From positions 68,290 through 132,289 of the forward strand of contig CAKOYF010000001.1 in assembly GCA_934130595.1 (NCBI GenBank): 64,000 nt of DNA, read 5' to 3'. A program made the translations under genes and the position numbers. Positions 19,775-27,832 of this stretch are shown piece after piece. The notes beneath the pieces are model-generated. The model had not been told where the DNA came from. It did not search any database and saw only the letters and a list, made by a program, of their open reading frames with translations. This stretch comes from an uncultured Clostridia bacterium (GTDB lineage Bacteria; Bacillota; Clostridia; TANB77; CAG-465). Every line of letters begins with the position of its first letter. Within the stretch, counting starts at the first letter, position 1.

Positions 19775-21673
19775 TCACCTCCAAGCCATATCTAAGAATT
19801 CATCAAAAGCTTTTATATCTTCTGCAGACATATTATCTCTCATTGCTTTAATGTTTTCTTCGCTAATAGGATTTTTAAATACATATTTTCCATCAACAAA
19901 TTCTACGATGTTTCTATATGTATAGTTTTTACTTTGTGTCATATGTTGAAAATATTCAACAGCATTATCCATAAACTTGTCTAGTTTTTGATTTACATCT
20001 TTTACTTTTCTATAATCATTATTATATGTATATGTTTGCTCTAATGGAATACATTCTGTTATTCTTTCAATGTATCTAGTACCATCTACAGCTCTTTTTA
20101 AATGTATATCAAAGTTTATAACTTGAACAACCTGTACTTCTGCAACTTGTTCAGAATTGAACATTCCAATTTTTAATAATGAGTTTCTAAGTGATGTTAT
20201 TAAGTTTGGAAATGTCTTTGCATGGTGTGTAAATAATGTAAATTTAGATGCAACCTGTGCCATCTGAATCATCCAAGCAGCAACTGGATCAGTTGCAACC
20301 TCTCCTAATATGTTTACACCACCATCTGTTTTCTTTTGAACATCTAGTCCTTCTTGTCCTGTTATAGTATCTGTTTCTCTTAAAGATAAGATGTTATGAT
20401 ATGGATAAATTTTTCTTAAGTGTAATTCGAATGCAGTTTCCTGTACACGAATTGTTATTGTTGGATATAAGAATTTCATTATAGCCATCAATAATGTAGT
20501 TTTACCACAACCCTGCTCACCAGTTATTGCAGTAACTCTGGCTCCTCTAATTAAATATTTTAATAACTCTACAACATTTTCTTTATTTTCATGAACAAGT
20601 AATTGTTCAGGTGAAATTAATGTAGGTGGAGCAAATTTTCTAACAAAAAAAGCCCAAGATTCAGAGAAGTTTGGTCTAAGAACAACAACTCTGGAACCAT
20701 CTTTCATTTCATTTATTTTATAACCAACAGACTCAGATAACTGTCCTGGGTTATTATATTTGTATATGTTTTGACATACTCTTTTTAACTCTGCTTCACT
20801 ACCAAAAGATAAGAAAGATAAATATGTAGCTTTACCTTTATAGAATATCCATACAGAATCATATGACATTGGTATTTTAGCTTCATTCATTTGTGTTAAG
20901 TAATCATCAATATCACTTAACTGATCTAGGAATGATGGTGGAATACCTGATACACCACCTGATACACCATCAATATTCATATCTCTTATATCATCTACGA
21001 CGCTATATCCTTTATATTCTTGGTATATTCTTTGTACTACTATCTCTAGCTTGTCTTCAAATGAAAGTGTTTCAGTTGAAACTTCATTTGTAAATATATC
21101 ATCAATCTCTTTTGCTGTAATTACATATGAAGGTACTGTAGCATCAAATTCATATTTTGGATAATCTAGAGCGTACTTTGTTATTATCTTTGTTAAAGCT
21201 TCTGCTTTATATGTTTTCTTGTAAATATGCATTAATATTTCAAATTTATCTTGTGATGTTAATTCATTAAAGTTATTAAATGGAATTGCATAGTTAATAT
21301 TAAAGTTATTTACTTTATAATCATTCTTTAGCAAATCAAACATTAATGATTTTACATACTTTTTATCATTTGAATCAGCATATCCGGCACCTTTTAAAGC
21401 TCTCTTTAATTCATATTTAACATTTTTTCTTCTTTCAAATTCTTCTTCAGATAATGCTAAATCATACAAATTCATTCTAGTAATTTCATCAAATTGCTTT
21501 TTTATATAATTTTGCATAGTAGAAAGACTATATGTTGTCTTTTCTCTTGTTAAACTATCTTCTACCATTTGGTCTGCACCAGATTTTTTTACTTTGTAAT
21601 AGAAAAACGCTGCTACAAATGCTAATAAAAGAAGTATTAACAAAATATTAAATACAAATGCAACTGACATCAT
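19775..21673 (-). CDS. Secretion/pilus ATPase of the TadA/CpaF/FlaI type (VirB11 superfamily), 632 aa, with an N-terminal TM anchor.
   Basis: Walker A GEQGCGKTT, Walker B and a His-box (THHAKT). No tetracysteine zinc motif, so not a GspE/PilB type. N-terminal helix VAFVFNILLILLLLAFVAAFFYY. Confidence 0.7.
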   Translation of the reverse strand: MMSVAFVFNILLILLLLAFVAAFFYYKVKKSGADQMVEDSLTREKTTYSLSTMQNYIKKQFDEITRMNLYDLALSEEEFERRKNVKYELKRALKGAGYADSNDKKYVKSLMFDLLKNDYKVNNFNINYAIPFNNFNELTSQDKFEILMHIYKKTYKAEALTKIITKYALDYPKYEFDATVPSYVITAKEIDDIFTNEVSTETLSFEDKLEIVVQRIYQEYKGYSVVDDIRDMNIDGVSGGVSGIPPSFLDQLSDIDDYLTQMNEAKIPMSYDSVWIFYKGKATYLSFLSFGSEAELKRVCQNIYKYNNPGQLSESVGYKINEMKDGSRVVVLRPNFSESWAFFVRKFAPPTLISPEQLLVHENKENVVELLKYLIRGARVTAITGEQGCGKTTLLMAIMKFLYPTITIRVQETAFELHLRKIYPYHNILSLRETDTITGQEGLDVQKKTDGGVNILGEVATDPVAAWMIQMAQVASKFTLFTHHAKTFPNLITSLRNSLLKIGMFNSEQVAEVQVVQVINFDIHLKRAVDGTRYIERITECIPLEQTYTYNNDYRKVKDVNQKLDKFMDNAVEYFQHMTQSKNYTYRNIVEFVDGKYVFKNPISEENIKAMRDNMSAEDIKAFDEFLDMAWR

Positions 21674-21683
21674 ATCACCCCTC

Positions 21684-22496
21684 TTACTCTTTTATTTTTA
21701 ATATTTTTACTATTTCCTCTACTATTTCTGTTGCCCTTAGCATAAACTCACCATTATAATCTTTTGCTGGAGCGTTTATATTTCTGTATAAAAAGTCTAA
21801 GACATTACCATCATTACATGCATCTGTAAATAAATAGTTATGTGGAAGTACGTAACATGGTTCTGGAATTTTGTACTTTAATTTAACATTAAAAATATTA
21901 TACTTAGATCCAGACTCATAATCTCCTAAAACAAATATTTTTTGTTTATCTTTTAAGCTATCTATACTATTAAGTTTCTTTAATACGTTATTCAATTTTT
22001 CTATTTCCTGAGGAATTACACACACTATAATGTCTGACTGTTCCATTACTCTTATTGCACTATCATCAGTAGTAGTCTTAGGTAAGTCTATAAACACTAA
22101 GTCATATACTTCATCTGCATTTTTAGCAATTAGTGGCATGCTAATTAAATTTTCTCTTTTTTCTGTTGTTGTATTAGCTATGGCACTATAAAGTATATCT
22201 AATCTTCCTTTTAATACAGGCTTTGAATAGTTTTGAATTATGTCCGGTGACAATTTATTACTCTTAATTAAACGCATTATTGCATTCATACCAAGATTAG
22301 TATCATTAAAACTATTTGCATTTACTAAATCATCATACATAGTAAATGATGAAGCTATTTTTTTAGCATTTGAATTTGCATCTATTAAAAGAGAAGATGT
22401 TTTATGTGTTATTCCCATTAGAGAACTAATAGCAATAGCAGTATGTGTACATCCACTTTTTCCCTCTTCTGGACTCCAAAATACAATCTTTGCCAT
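21684..22496 (-). CDS. ParA/MinD-family ATPase, TadZ/CpaE-like, 270 aa.
   Basis: N-terminal P-loop-like SPEEGKSGCT and Walker-B-like DLVFIDLP. RBS AGGAGGAG. Confidence 0.5.
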   Translation of the reverse strand: MAKIVFWSPEEGKSGCTHTAIAISSLMGITHKTSSLLIDANSNAKKIASSFTMYDDLVNANSFNDTNLGMNAIMRLIKSNKLSPDIIQNYSKPVLKGRLDILYSAIANTTTEKRENLISMPLIAKNADEVYDLVFIDLPKTTTDDSAIRVMEQSDIIVCVIPQEIEKLNNVLKKLNSIDSLKDKQKIFVLGDYESGSKYNIFNVKLKYKIPEPCYVLPHNYLFTDACNDGNVLDFLYRNINAPAKDYNGEFMLRATEIVEEIVKILKIKE

Positions 22497-23204
22497 TTAA
22501 TTTCTCCTCCTTTTTATTTCTTTTAATACTTCTTTAGAAGAAACATCTCCTAATATTCTAGAAATATACTCACATAAGTACAATATATATGTTTTTGTAT
22601 GTTTTCTTAAATCTATAAGTCCACTGAATTGTGAATCTATATTAACCATCATATCTTGTTCATCAGTACTAATATCATAAACCTCATCTGTCCACTTAAC
22701 TGCATAATTATTTATTTTTTCTTCTAAATAATTTGTTGCTGCTCTAGATAAGTATGCTCTATATAAAATCTTTGAAAATACTAATTCTTTATCTGGATTT
22801 TCTTCTCTCATTTTATGTACAAGTTCATCATTTTTTGTTACTGATATAACATTAGTATCTATATACATATATGATTTATCTACTTGTAAATCTTTAAATT
22901 TAGCGTACGTATTTGCATCCTCTATATCTATTAAGACATAATTATATAATTTAAGATCTATATTCTTTTCACTTAAATATTTTTCTAATGAATCGTATGA
23001 ATCAAACCCAACTGCAAAGTCTATATCCGCATATCTAGTTACATATTCTGAGCTATTATCTATAGTTGGTACTATACATTTATATTTTTTATCTGATGTA
23101 GCATCAATTACTAATACAGATTTTCCCATAATATTTAAAGCTCTAGCTGTTGCAATTACAAAGTCATATTTATCTACATATCCATACATTCCAATTACTT
23201 GCAT
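22497..23204 (-). CDS. ParA/MinD-fold protein with a degenerate P-loop (likely pseudo-ATPase), 235 aa.
   Basis: N-terminus VIGMYGYVDKYDFVIATARALNIMGKSVLVIDAT aligns to ParA-family architecture but lacks the GKT/S lysine. Confidence 0.4.
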   Translation of the reverse strand: MQVIGMYGYVDKYDFVIATARALNIMGKSVLVIDATSDKKYKCIVPTIDNSSEYVTRYADIDFAVGFDSYDSLEKYLSEKNIDLKLYNYVLIDIEDANTYAKFKDLQVDKSYMYIDTNVISVTKNDELVHKMREENPDKELVFSKILYRAYLSRAATNYLEEKINNYAVKWTDEVYDISTDEQDMMVNIDSQFSGLIDLRKHTKTYILYLCEYISRILGDVSSKEVLKEIKRRRN

Positions 23205-23219
23205 TTAAACTACCTCCTA

Positions 23220-24251
23220 CTATTTTCCTTCTAATAAGTTTTCTCTTTCAGTTTGTTGCATAATAATAGATTGTTGTGCTCCTGTAACTACATTTTCGTA
23301 ATCATCACTATTTTGTGATTTGTAGTTTTTGATTCCACTTTCTATTGTAGATCTTGACTCAGCATTTAATCTTGAAAGCTCAGTACTTGCATTTTTTAGT
23401 AAATATTGGTTTGATTTCATAGCACTCATAACATAAGTATTTGGTTGATAGTTTTGTGTTGTTTTTGTTGAAGCATTTGCAAAGTTTTTATATTTATATA
23501 TATAATCATATAATTTAGTTGCTGCTTCAGTTACATCCATCTTTTTAAGTTCATCCCAGTCTTTTTCAATAACTGTTTCAAGATATCCTTTTGTTTCACT
23601 TTCAATATCTGAAGATGTTTTAACTTGAGCATCACTATCTGTATATCTTAAAGCATATAATTTAGATCCACTGTTTAAGAAAGAATCAACTACTGCACTG
23701 TTTAATAGTTGGATTTCATCCTCAGATAATTTCATCCAGAAAGTTGTGTCATATATTTTATCTATGTTCTTTTGTGCAAGAACTATGTAATCTGTTCCAT
23801 TAGGATACATTATTCTAATATCTACAGTATCTCCCTCAACAAGATCACTAGGCATAAGAACTGTATTTATTTCAACGTCTCTTACATCAGCAGCTACAAC
23901 TTCATCACTTACCATATCTCCTGTAATAGGCACTTTTGCAGCTATATTATATTTTGCACTTAGTCCAACAACACTTCCTGAAGATACAACTCCTGTTGGT
24001 ACTGTATGATTGTTTACATTTACAGTTTCAATCATATCTGCAGTTATAATTTCTCCTTGTACAACGTTTCTTTTTAAAACAACTACTGGTGTAGTATAGT
24101 TTTTAATATAATTTTTGTTTGTTCCATCTTTATATGATTTTATAGTAAAGAAAGAAAATACACTTACACCAACGGCTACAACGATTCCAACACTAGCTCC
24201 AATCAATATACCTTGTATTGTTTTCTTTTTAATTTGACTCATTCCTATCAT
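23220..24251 (-). CDS. CpaB/RcpC-like pilus assembly protein (N-terminal TM plus SAF domain), 343 aa. First gene of the operon.
   Basis: TM helix ILIGASVGIVVAVGVSVFSFF followed by a SAF-like segment (VVVLKRNVVQGEIITADMIETVNV). RBS GGAGG. Confidence 0.5.
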   Translation of the reverse strand: MIGMSQIKKKTIQGILIGASVGIVVAVGVSVFSFFTIKSYKDGTNKNYIKNYTTPVVVLKRNVVQGEIITADMIETVNVNNHTVPTGVVSSGSVVGLSAKYNIAAKVPITGDMVSDEVVAADVRDVEINTVLMPSDLVEGDTVDIRIMYPNGTDYIVLAQKNIDKIYDTTFWMKLSEDEIQLLNSAVVDSFLNSGSKLYALRYTDSDAQVKTSSDIESETKGYLETVIEKDWDELKKMDVTEAATKLYDYIYKYKNFANASTKTTQNYQPNTYVMSAMKSNQYLLKNASTELSRLNAESRSTIESGIKNYKSQNSDDYENVVTGAQQSIIMQQTERENLLEGK

Positions 24252-24312
24252 TTGTTATCAACCTCCATAAACCAATCAAATTACTTATTTTTTCGGTTAT
24301 ACTTCTTAATTT

Positions 24313-24341
24313 AGTATATCTCTAAAAGCATAAAAAATCAA
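24313..24341 (-). promoter_or_regulatory. SigmaA-type promoter of the pilus-like operon (TTGATT-17-TATACT).
   Basis: Minus strand: -35 at 24336..24341, -10 at 24313..24318, with an AT-rich UP-like region upstream. Confidence 0.45.
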
Positions 24342-24430
24342 CCGCGAAAAAATAAAAAAAAGGTCACGTTTTGAATTGAAATATAAATGTAATTTATATG
24401 ACACTTGTTTGTATTTTATTTAGTTGTATT

Positions 24431-24473
24431 AAAAAAGAAAAAAATTTCTCTTATTGCTTTAAGAGAAATTTTC
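24431..24473 (-). terminator. Intrinsic terminator of the dacF-like gene.
   Basis: Perfect 12-bp palindrome AAATTTCTCTTA/TAAGAGAAATTT with a 6-nt loop, followed on the minus strand by UUUUUUUCUUUUUU. Confidence 0.7.
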
Positions 24474-25665
24474 CAAATATAAATTTTAGATAATCTGTTA
24501 TTCTTGATTTATTTATAGTATTATTAGCAACAATGTTAGTCTTGCCTATGCTTTCATTTGTATTTTTATCTATTATTTCTACACTTCCAATAATATCACC
24601 AGATTCTATTGGTGCAGATAGTTCTTCATTATATGTAACAATTTGATCTGTATCAACATTTTTGCCTCTTTCCACAAGACTATATATATCATCTTGTAAC
24701 CTTGTTTCTAGTTTTTCTGCTATATTTTTGTTGATTTGTAATTCCTCTAAAATAGTACTAGAAGAGCATATTTTTTTCGTTTCATACGTTGCAAATCCAT
24801 AATCTAGCAACGTTTTTGTTTCAGCAAGTCTTACATCTGAGCTTGGAGCTTTCATTACAACAGATATATACGTTGTATCTTTACGTGTTGCAGTAGCTAC
24901 TAAATTATATAACGCATTAGAAGTATATCCTGTTTTTAATCCTGTAGCTCCATCATAAAATCTAATTAGTTTATTTGTACTAGTAAGCTCTGTCTTTCCA
25001 CCTCTTAAGCTATCCATCCAAATTGAAGTATAATTTAAAATATTAGGGTGTTTAGTTATTAATTCTCGAGCCATAAGAGCTACATCTTTTGCACATGTGT
25101 AATGACCTTCTTCATCTATGCCATGACAATTCATAAAATGTGTGTTTTCCATTCCTAGTTCTCTTGCTTTAGCATTCATAGCAATAACAAAATTTTCTTC
25201 GTTTCCTCCAATTAGTTCTGCCATTGCAACGGTTACATCGTTTGCTGAAACTACACATATAGCTTTTAATGCCTCATCTATTGTTAATTGTTCTCCTTCT
25301 TCAAACCATATTTGAGAGCCACCCATACTTGCAGCATTCTTACTACAAGTTACTGTATCTGTATATTCTAATACTCCTGAATCTATCTGTTCCATTATTA
25401 ATAACAAAGTCATAACCTTTGTAACAGACGCCGGAAGCATTCGTTCATTTTCATTATTTGCATATAATATTCTACCAGTACTCGGTTCCATTAATATTTG
25501 CGCCTCAGATTCAAATGTAAAAGAAGGATTAGCAACTGTTGAAATACTACTTTCTTGCTTATCTTTTGACTTCTTTTCATATAAATAATTTGCACCAAAT
25601 ATATACTGTATATTCAACATATTAACTATTAGTAATGCAATTAGTATTTTATATAACTTATTCAC
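24451..25665 (-). CDS. dacF: Serine-type D-Ala-D-Ala carboxypeptidase (PBP5/DacF-like).
   Basis: SVTK (SxxK), SAND (SxN) and KTG motifs. Start trimmed to GTG at 25665 (GAGGTGGAATAT RBS); the ORF-track start is an upstream TTG that overlaps the likely promoter. Confidence 0.65.
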   Translation of the reverse strand: MNKLYKILIALLIVNMLNIQYIFGANYLYEKKSKDKQESSISTVANPSFTFESEAQILMEPSTGRILYANNENERMLPASVTKVMTLLLIMEQIDSGVLEYTDTVTCSKNAASMGGSQIWFEEGEQLTIDEALKAICVVSANDVTVAMAELIGGNEENFVIAMNAKARELGMENTHFMNCHGIDEEGHYTCAKDVALMARELITKHPNILNYTSIWMDSLRGGKTELTSTNKLIRFYDGATGLKTGYTSNALYNLVATATRKDTTYISVVMKAPSSDVRLAETKTLLDYGFATYETKKICSSSTILEELQINKNIAEKLETRLQDDIYSLVERGKNVDTDQIVTYNEELSAPIESGDIIGSVEIIDKNTNESIGKTNIVANNTINKSRITDYLKFIFGKFLLKQ

Positions 25666-25775
25666 ATATTCCACCTCAATATATTGTATTAAATAATATG
25701 TAAATTTATTAATTATATTGTATAAATATACAATCCTAGCTTTCAAATTTTTATACTAGTATATTGGAAATATAT

Positions 25776-25859
25776 ATAAATAAGGAGATATGATTTAACA
25801 TATCTCCTCTGTATTTCACAAACGTATATAAGACAAAAATTCCACAAATCTTATATACT
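25776..25859 (-). ncRNA. Candidate sRNA, unit A.
   Basis: Minus-strand promoter TTGAAT-17-TGaTATACT (-35 at 25889..25894, -10 at 25866..25871). Body has hairpin 2 (GUAUAUAAGA/UCUUAUAUAC) and terminator hairpin GGAGAUAUG/CAUAUCUCC (25784..25807) followed by a U-tract. Confidence 0.55.
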
Positions 25860-25895
25860 AACCATAGTATATCATAATTTTGCTTTCTATTCAAA

Positions 25896-25980
25896 TAAAA
25901 ATAAGGAGATATGATTTAGCATATCTCCCATGTATTTCACAAACGTATATAAGACAAAAAATTCACCAATCTTATATACT
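25896..25980 (-). ncRNA. Candidate sRNA, unit B.
   Basis: Promoter TTGAAC-17-TGcTATACT (-10 at 25987..25992). Terminator hairpin at 25905..25928 followed by a UUAUUUUUAUUU tract. Confidence 0.55.
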
Positions 25981-26015
25981 AACTATAGTATAGCATATTT
26001 CTGTTTTTTGTTCAA

Positions 26016-26101
26016 ATTAAATAAGGAGATATGACTTAACATATCTCCTCTGTTTATAACCAATGTATATAAGACAAAAAAATTCACCAATCTTATATAC
26101 T
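26016..26101 (-). ncRNA. Candidate sRNA, unit C.
   Basis: Promoter TTTACA-17-TGgTATACT (-10 at 26108..26113). Terminator hairpin at 26025..26048. Confidence 0.55.
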
Positions 26102-26132
26102 AATATTAGTATACCATATTTATATAAAAATG

Positions 26133-26210
26133 TAAAAGGAGATTAGAGCTCTCCTTTTACGTCATACAACAAAGATATATAGGTCTATAAAAACCCATTC
26201 CCTATATATC
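26133..26210 (-). ncRNA. Candidate sRNA, unit X (divergent body).
   Basis: Promoter TTGAAC-17-TGtTATAAT (-35 at 26240..26245, -10 at 26217..26222). Distinct terminator AAAAGGAG/CUCCUUUU at 26134..26158 followed by a U-tract. Confidence 0.45.
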
Positions 26211-26247
26211 AATTGTATTATAACATAATTTTGTTTTTGGTTCAAAT

Positions 26248-26331
26248 TAAAATAAGTAGATATGATTTAACATATCTACTCTGTTTGTAATATCATATAT
26301 AAGACAAAAAATTCCTCAAATCTTATATACA
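26248..26331 (-). ncRNA. Candidate sRNA, unit D.
   Basis: Promoter TGaTATACT with a weak -35. The terminator hairpin carries a compensatory double substitution (GUAGAUAUG/CAUAUCUAC at 26256..26279) that preserves pairing. Confidence 0.55.
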
Positions 26332-26669
26332 AGTATTAGTATATCATGTTTTAAAATAAAAATAAACAAGATATTATATCTTCTTTACTATTAGCACCAC
26401 ACCATAGCTTTCTTTATATTTAGTATTAAAGATTATTCTCCAAAATACTTTTTGATCTATTCGTCGCCTAAAACTTTACCGCCCACATAGACTATCTGGA
26501 GTTTTCTAATAACAAAAAATATGGAGAAAAATCTTCTCTTTTATTTAATATAATGAATCTAAATCATTTATATCTATACTATATAATTATATTCTACTTG
26601 TATAAGTTACAGTAGTTTTGGCACAGTTATTAAACTAAAAATTTTAATTCAAAAGCTCAATTTAAGCTA

Positions 26670-27056
26670 CTAATCTTTGCTAATTTTAGTTTTAATACAT
26701 TTTTTTATTAAATTTCCTACAAATATTCCAACTAAGGATATGATTCCAAATATAACAAATATACTTATATCGGGAATAACAAATCTCTTATATGCTAAAT
26801 CATACGTTATATAATCACATAACATAATAGAGATTCCAAAAAGTAAAACTAAAAGGTATTTACTTCTACCTCTAATTTTCAAACTATAAATTACTGATGT
26901 AATAAAAGTACTCAAAGGAAATAAATAAATAAAATATATTATACCGCCTAATCCTGTGCCCTCAACATCTTTATTACGCCAAAGTATTATTTCTGATATA
27001 ATCAAAATAATAAAATATATAATTATTGGTAAAAAATCCTTAATTTTTTTCTTCAT
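26670..27056 (-). CDS. Small polytopic membrane protein, 128 aa (about 4 TM helices), function unknown.
   Basis: ORF track. Hydrophobicity pattern. Flanked by direct copies of the sRNA unit. Confidence 0.4.
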   Translation of the reverse strand: MKKKIKDFLPIIIYFIILIISEIILWRNKDVEGTGLGGIIYFIYLFPLSTFITSVIYSLKIRGRSKYLLVLLFGISIMLCDYITYDLAYKRFVIPDISIFVIFGIISLVGIFVGNLIKKCIKTKISKD

Positions 27057-27537
27057 ATATACTCCACCTCTCTTATTTTAATATTATCATAAAAAAATAT
27101 ATTTACAATATCTAATATTACAATTAAGCATTTTTATCTACTTACATTTAAATTATTATTTAGATTTTAATTAAGATTCAATTTTATCTAAATTCTTCTT
27201 AATATATAGAAGTCTTATAACGCTTTTGGCTCAGTTTTTTCTTGGATCATGTATTACTCACCTATTCTACAATTTTAGGTAATTCTGTATATAATAGTTA
27301 TTTTCTAGTTCTAATATTGGTAAATATAAATCCTTTTTTAGATTTTCTAATACATTTACATGTACAATTGAAATTTCTACTTCTTTAAAATCAATTTTTA
27401 CAATTCTAAATTAAAATTTGGTTATATACTCATCTTCTTGCAGTTCTAACTTATTAAAATTTAATTCATATACTTTTTCTAAATCCAATTTAGCTATAAA
27501 CATTTTAAAATCATCTTTATTTGCTTTCTATTCAAAT

Positions 27538-27621
27538 TAAAATAAGGAGATATGATCTAACATATCTCCTCTGTATTTCACAAACGTATATAAGACAAAA
27601 ATTCCACAAATCTTATATACT
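27538..27621 (-). ncRNA. Candidate sRNA, unit E (solo copy).
   Basis: Promoter TTTACA-17-TGaTATTAT (-35 at 27651..27656, -10 at 27628..27633). Terminator hairpin at 27546..27569. About 95% identical to unit A. Confidence 0.5.
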
Positions 27622-27754
27622 AATATTATAATATCATATTTATATGAAAATGTAAAATGAGTCTTTTGTAATCTCTTTATTTACGCTTTTAGTTATATAT
27701 ATTATATTTATGTAATTTATTTTGTTCATATTATTGAATAAAAAGCGCTTTCTA

Positions 27755-27783
27755 TTGCAAAATTTCACTTTTTATGGTATTAT
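27755..27783 (+). promoter_or_regulatory. SigmaA-type promoter of the glycosyltransferase gene (TTGCAA-17-TATTAT).
   Basis: -35 at 27755..27760, -10 at 27778..27783. The 5' leader begins with the hairpin GGGTAAA/TTTACCC (27789..27809) followed by UUUUU. Confidence 0.45.
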
Positions 27784-27832
27784 TATATGGGTAAAAAATT
27801 GTTTACCCGATTTTTAATAAAGGAGGAATTTT

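Larger units (their letters stand above)
25776..26366 (-). repeat. Tandem array of five ~120-bp transcription units (promoter, ~85-nt RNA, terminator). A sixth solo copy lies at 27538..27660.
   Basis: Units start at roughly 25776, 25896, 26016, 26133 (divergent body) and 26248. Promoter and terminator modules are conserved. Confidence 0.75.

Noticed and set aside
10608-23963. Assorted 60-90 aa plus-strand ORFs inside the pilus-like operon (for example 10608..10841, 12341..12526, 15149..15370, 17865..18071, 23772..23963).
   Set aside because: All are antisense to well-supported minus-strand genes and none has a convincing RBS.
25784-25807. AAGGAGAtATG inside each repeat read as an RBS plus start codon of a micro-ORF on the plus strand.
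   Set aside because: The SD-to-ATG spacing is 1 nt and the ORF is only 2-3 codons long. The element is better explained as the terminator stem of a minus-strand sRNA.
26670-27056. The 128-aa four-TM protein as the missing prepilin peptidase of the filament locus.
   Set aside because: No paired catalytic aspartate motifs of the A24 family could be recognised. It is also not adjacent to the operon.
25776-27660. The repeat array considered as a CRISPR locus.
   Set aside because: Units are about 120 bp with internal promoters and terminators, not 25-40-bp direct repeats separated by unique spacers. No cas genes are nearby.
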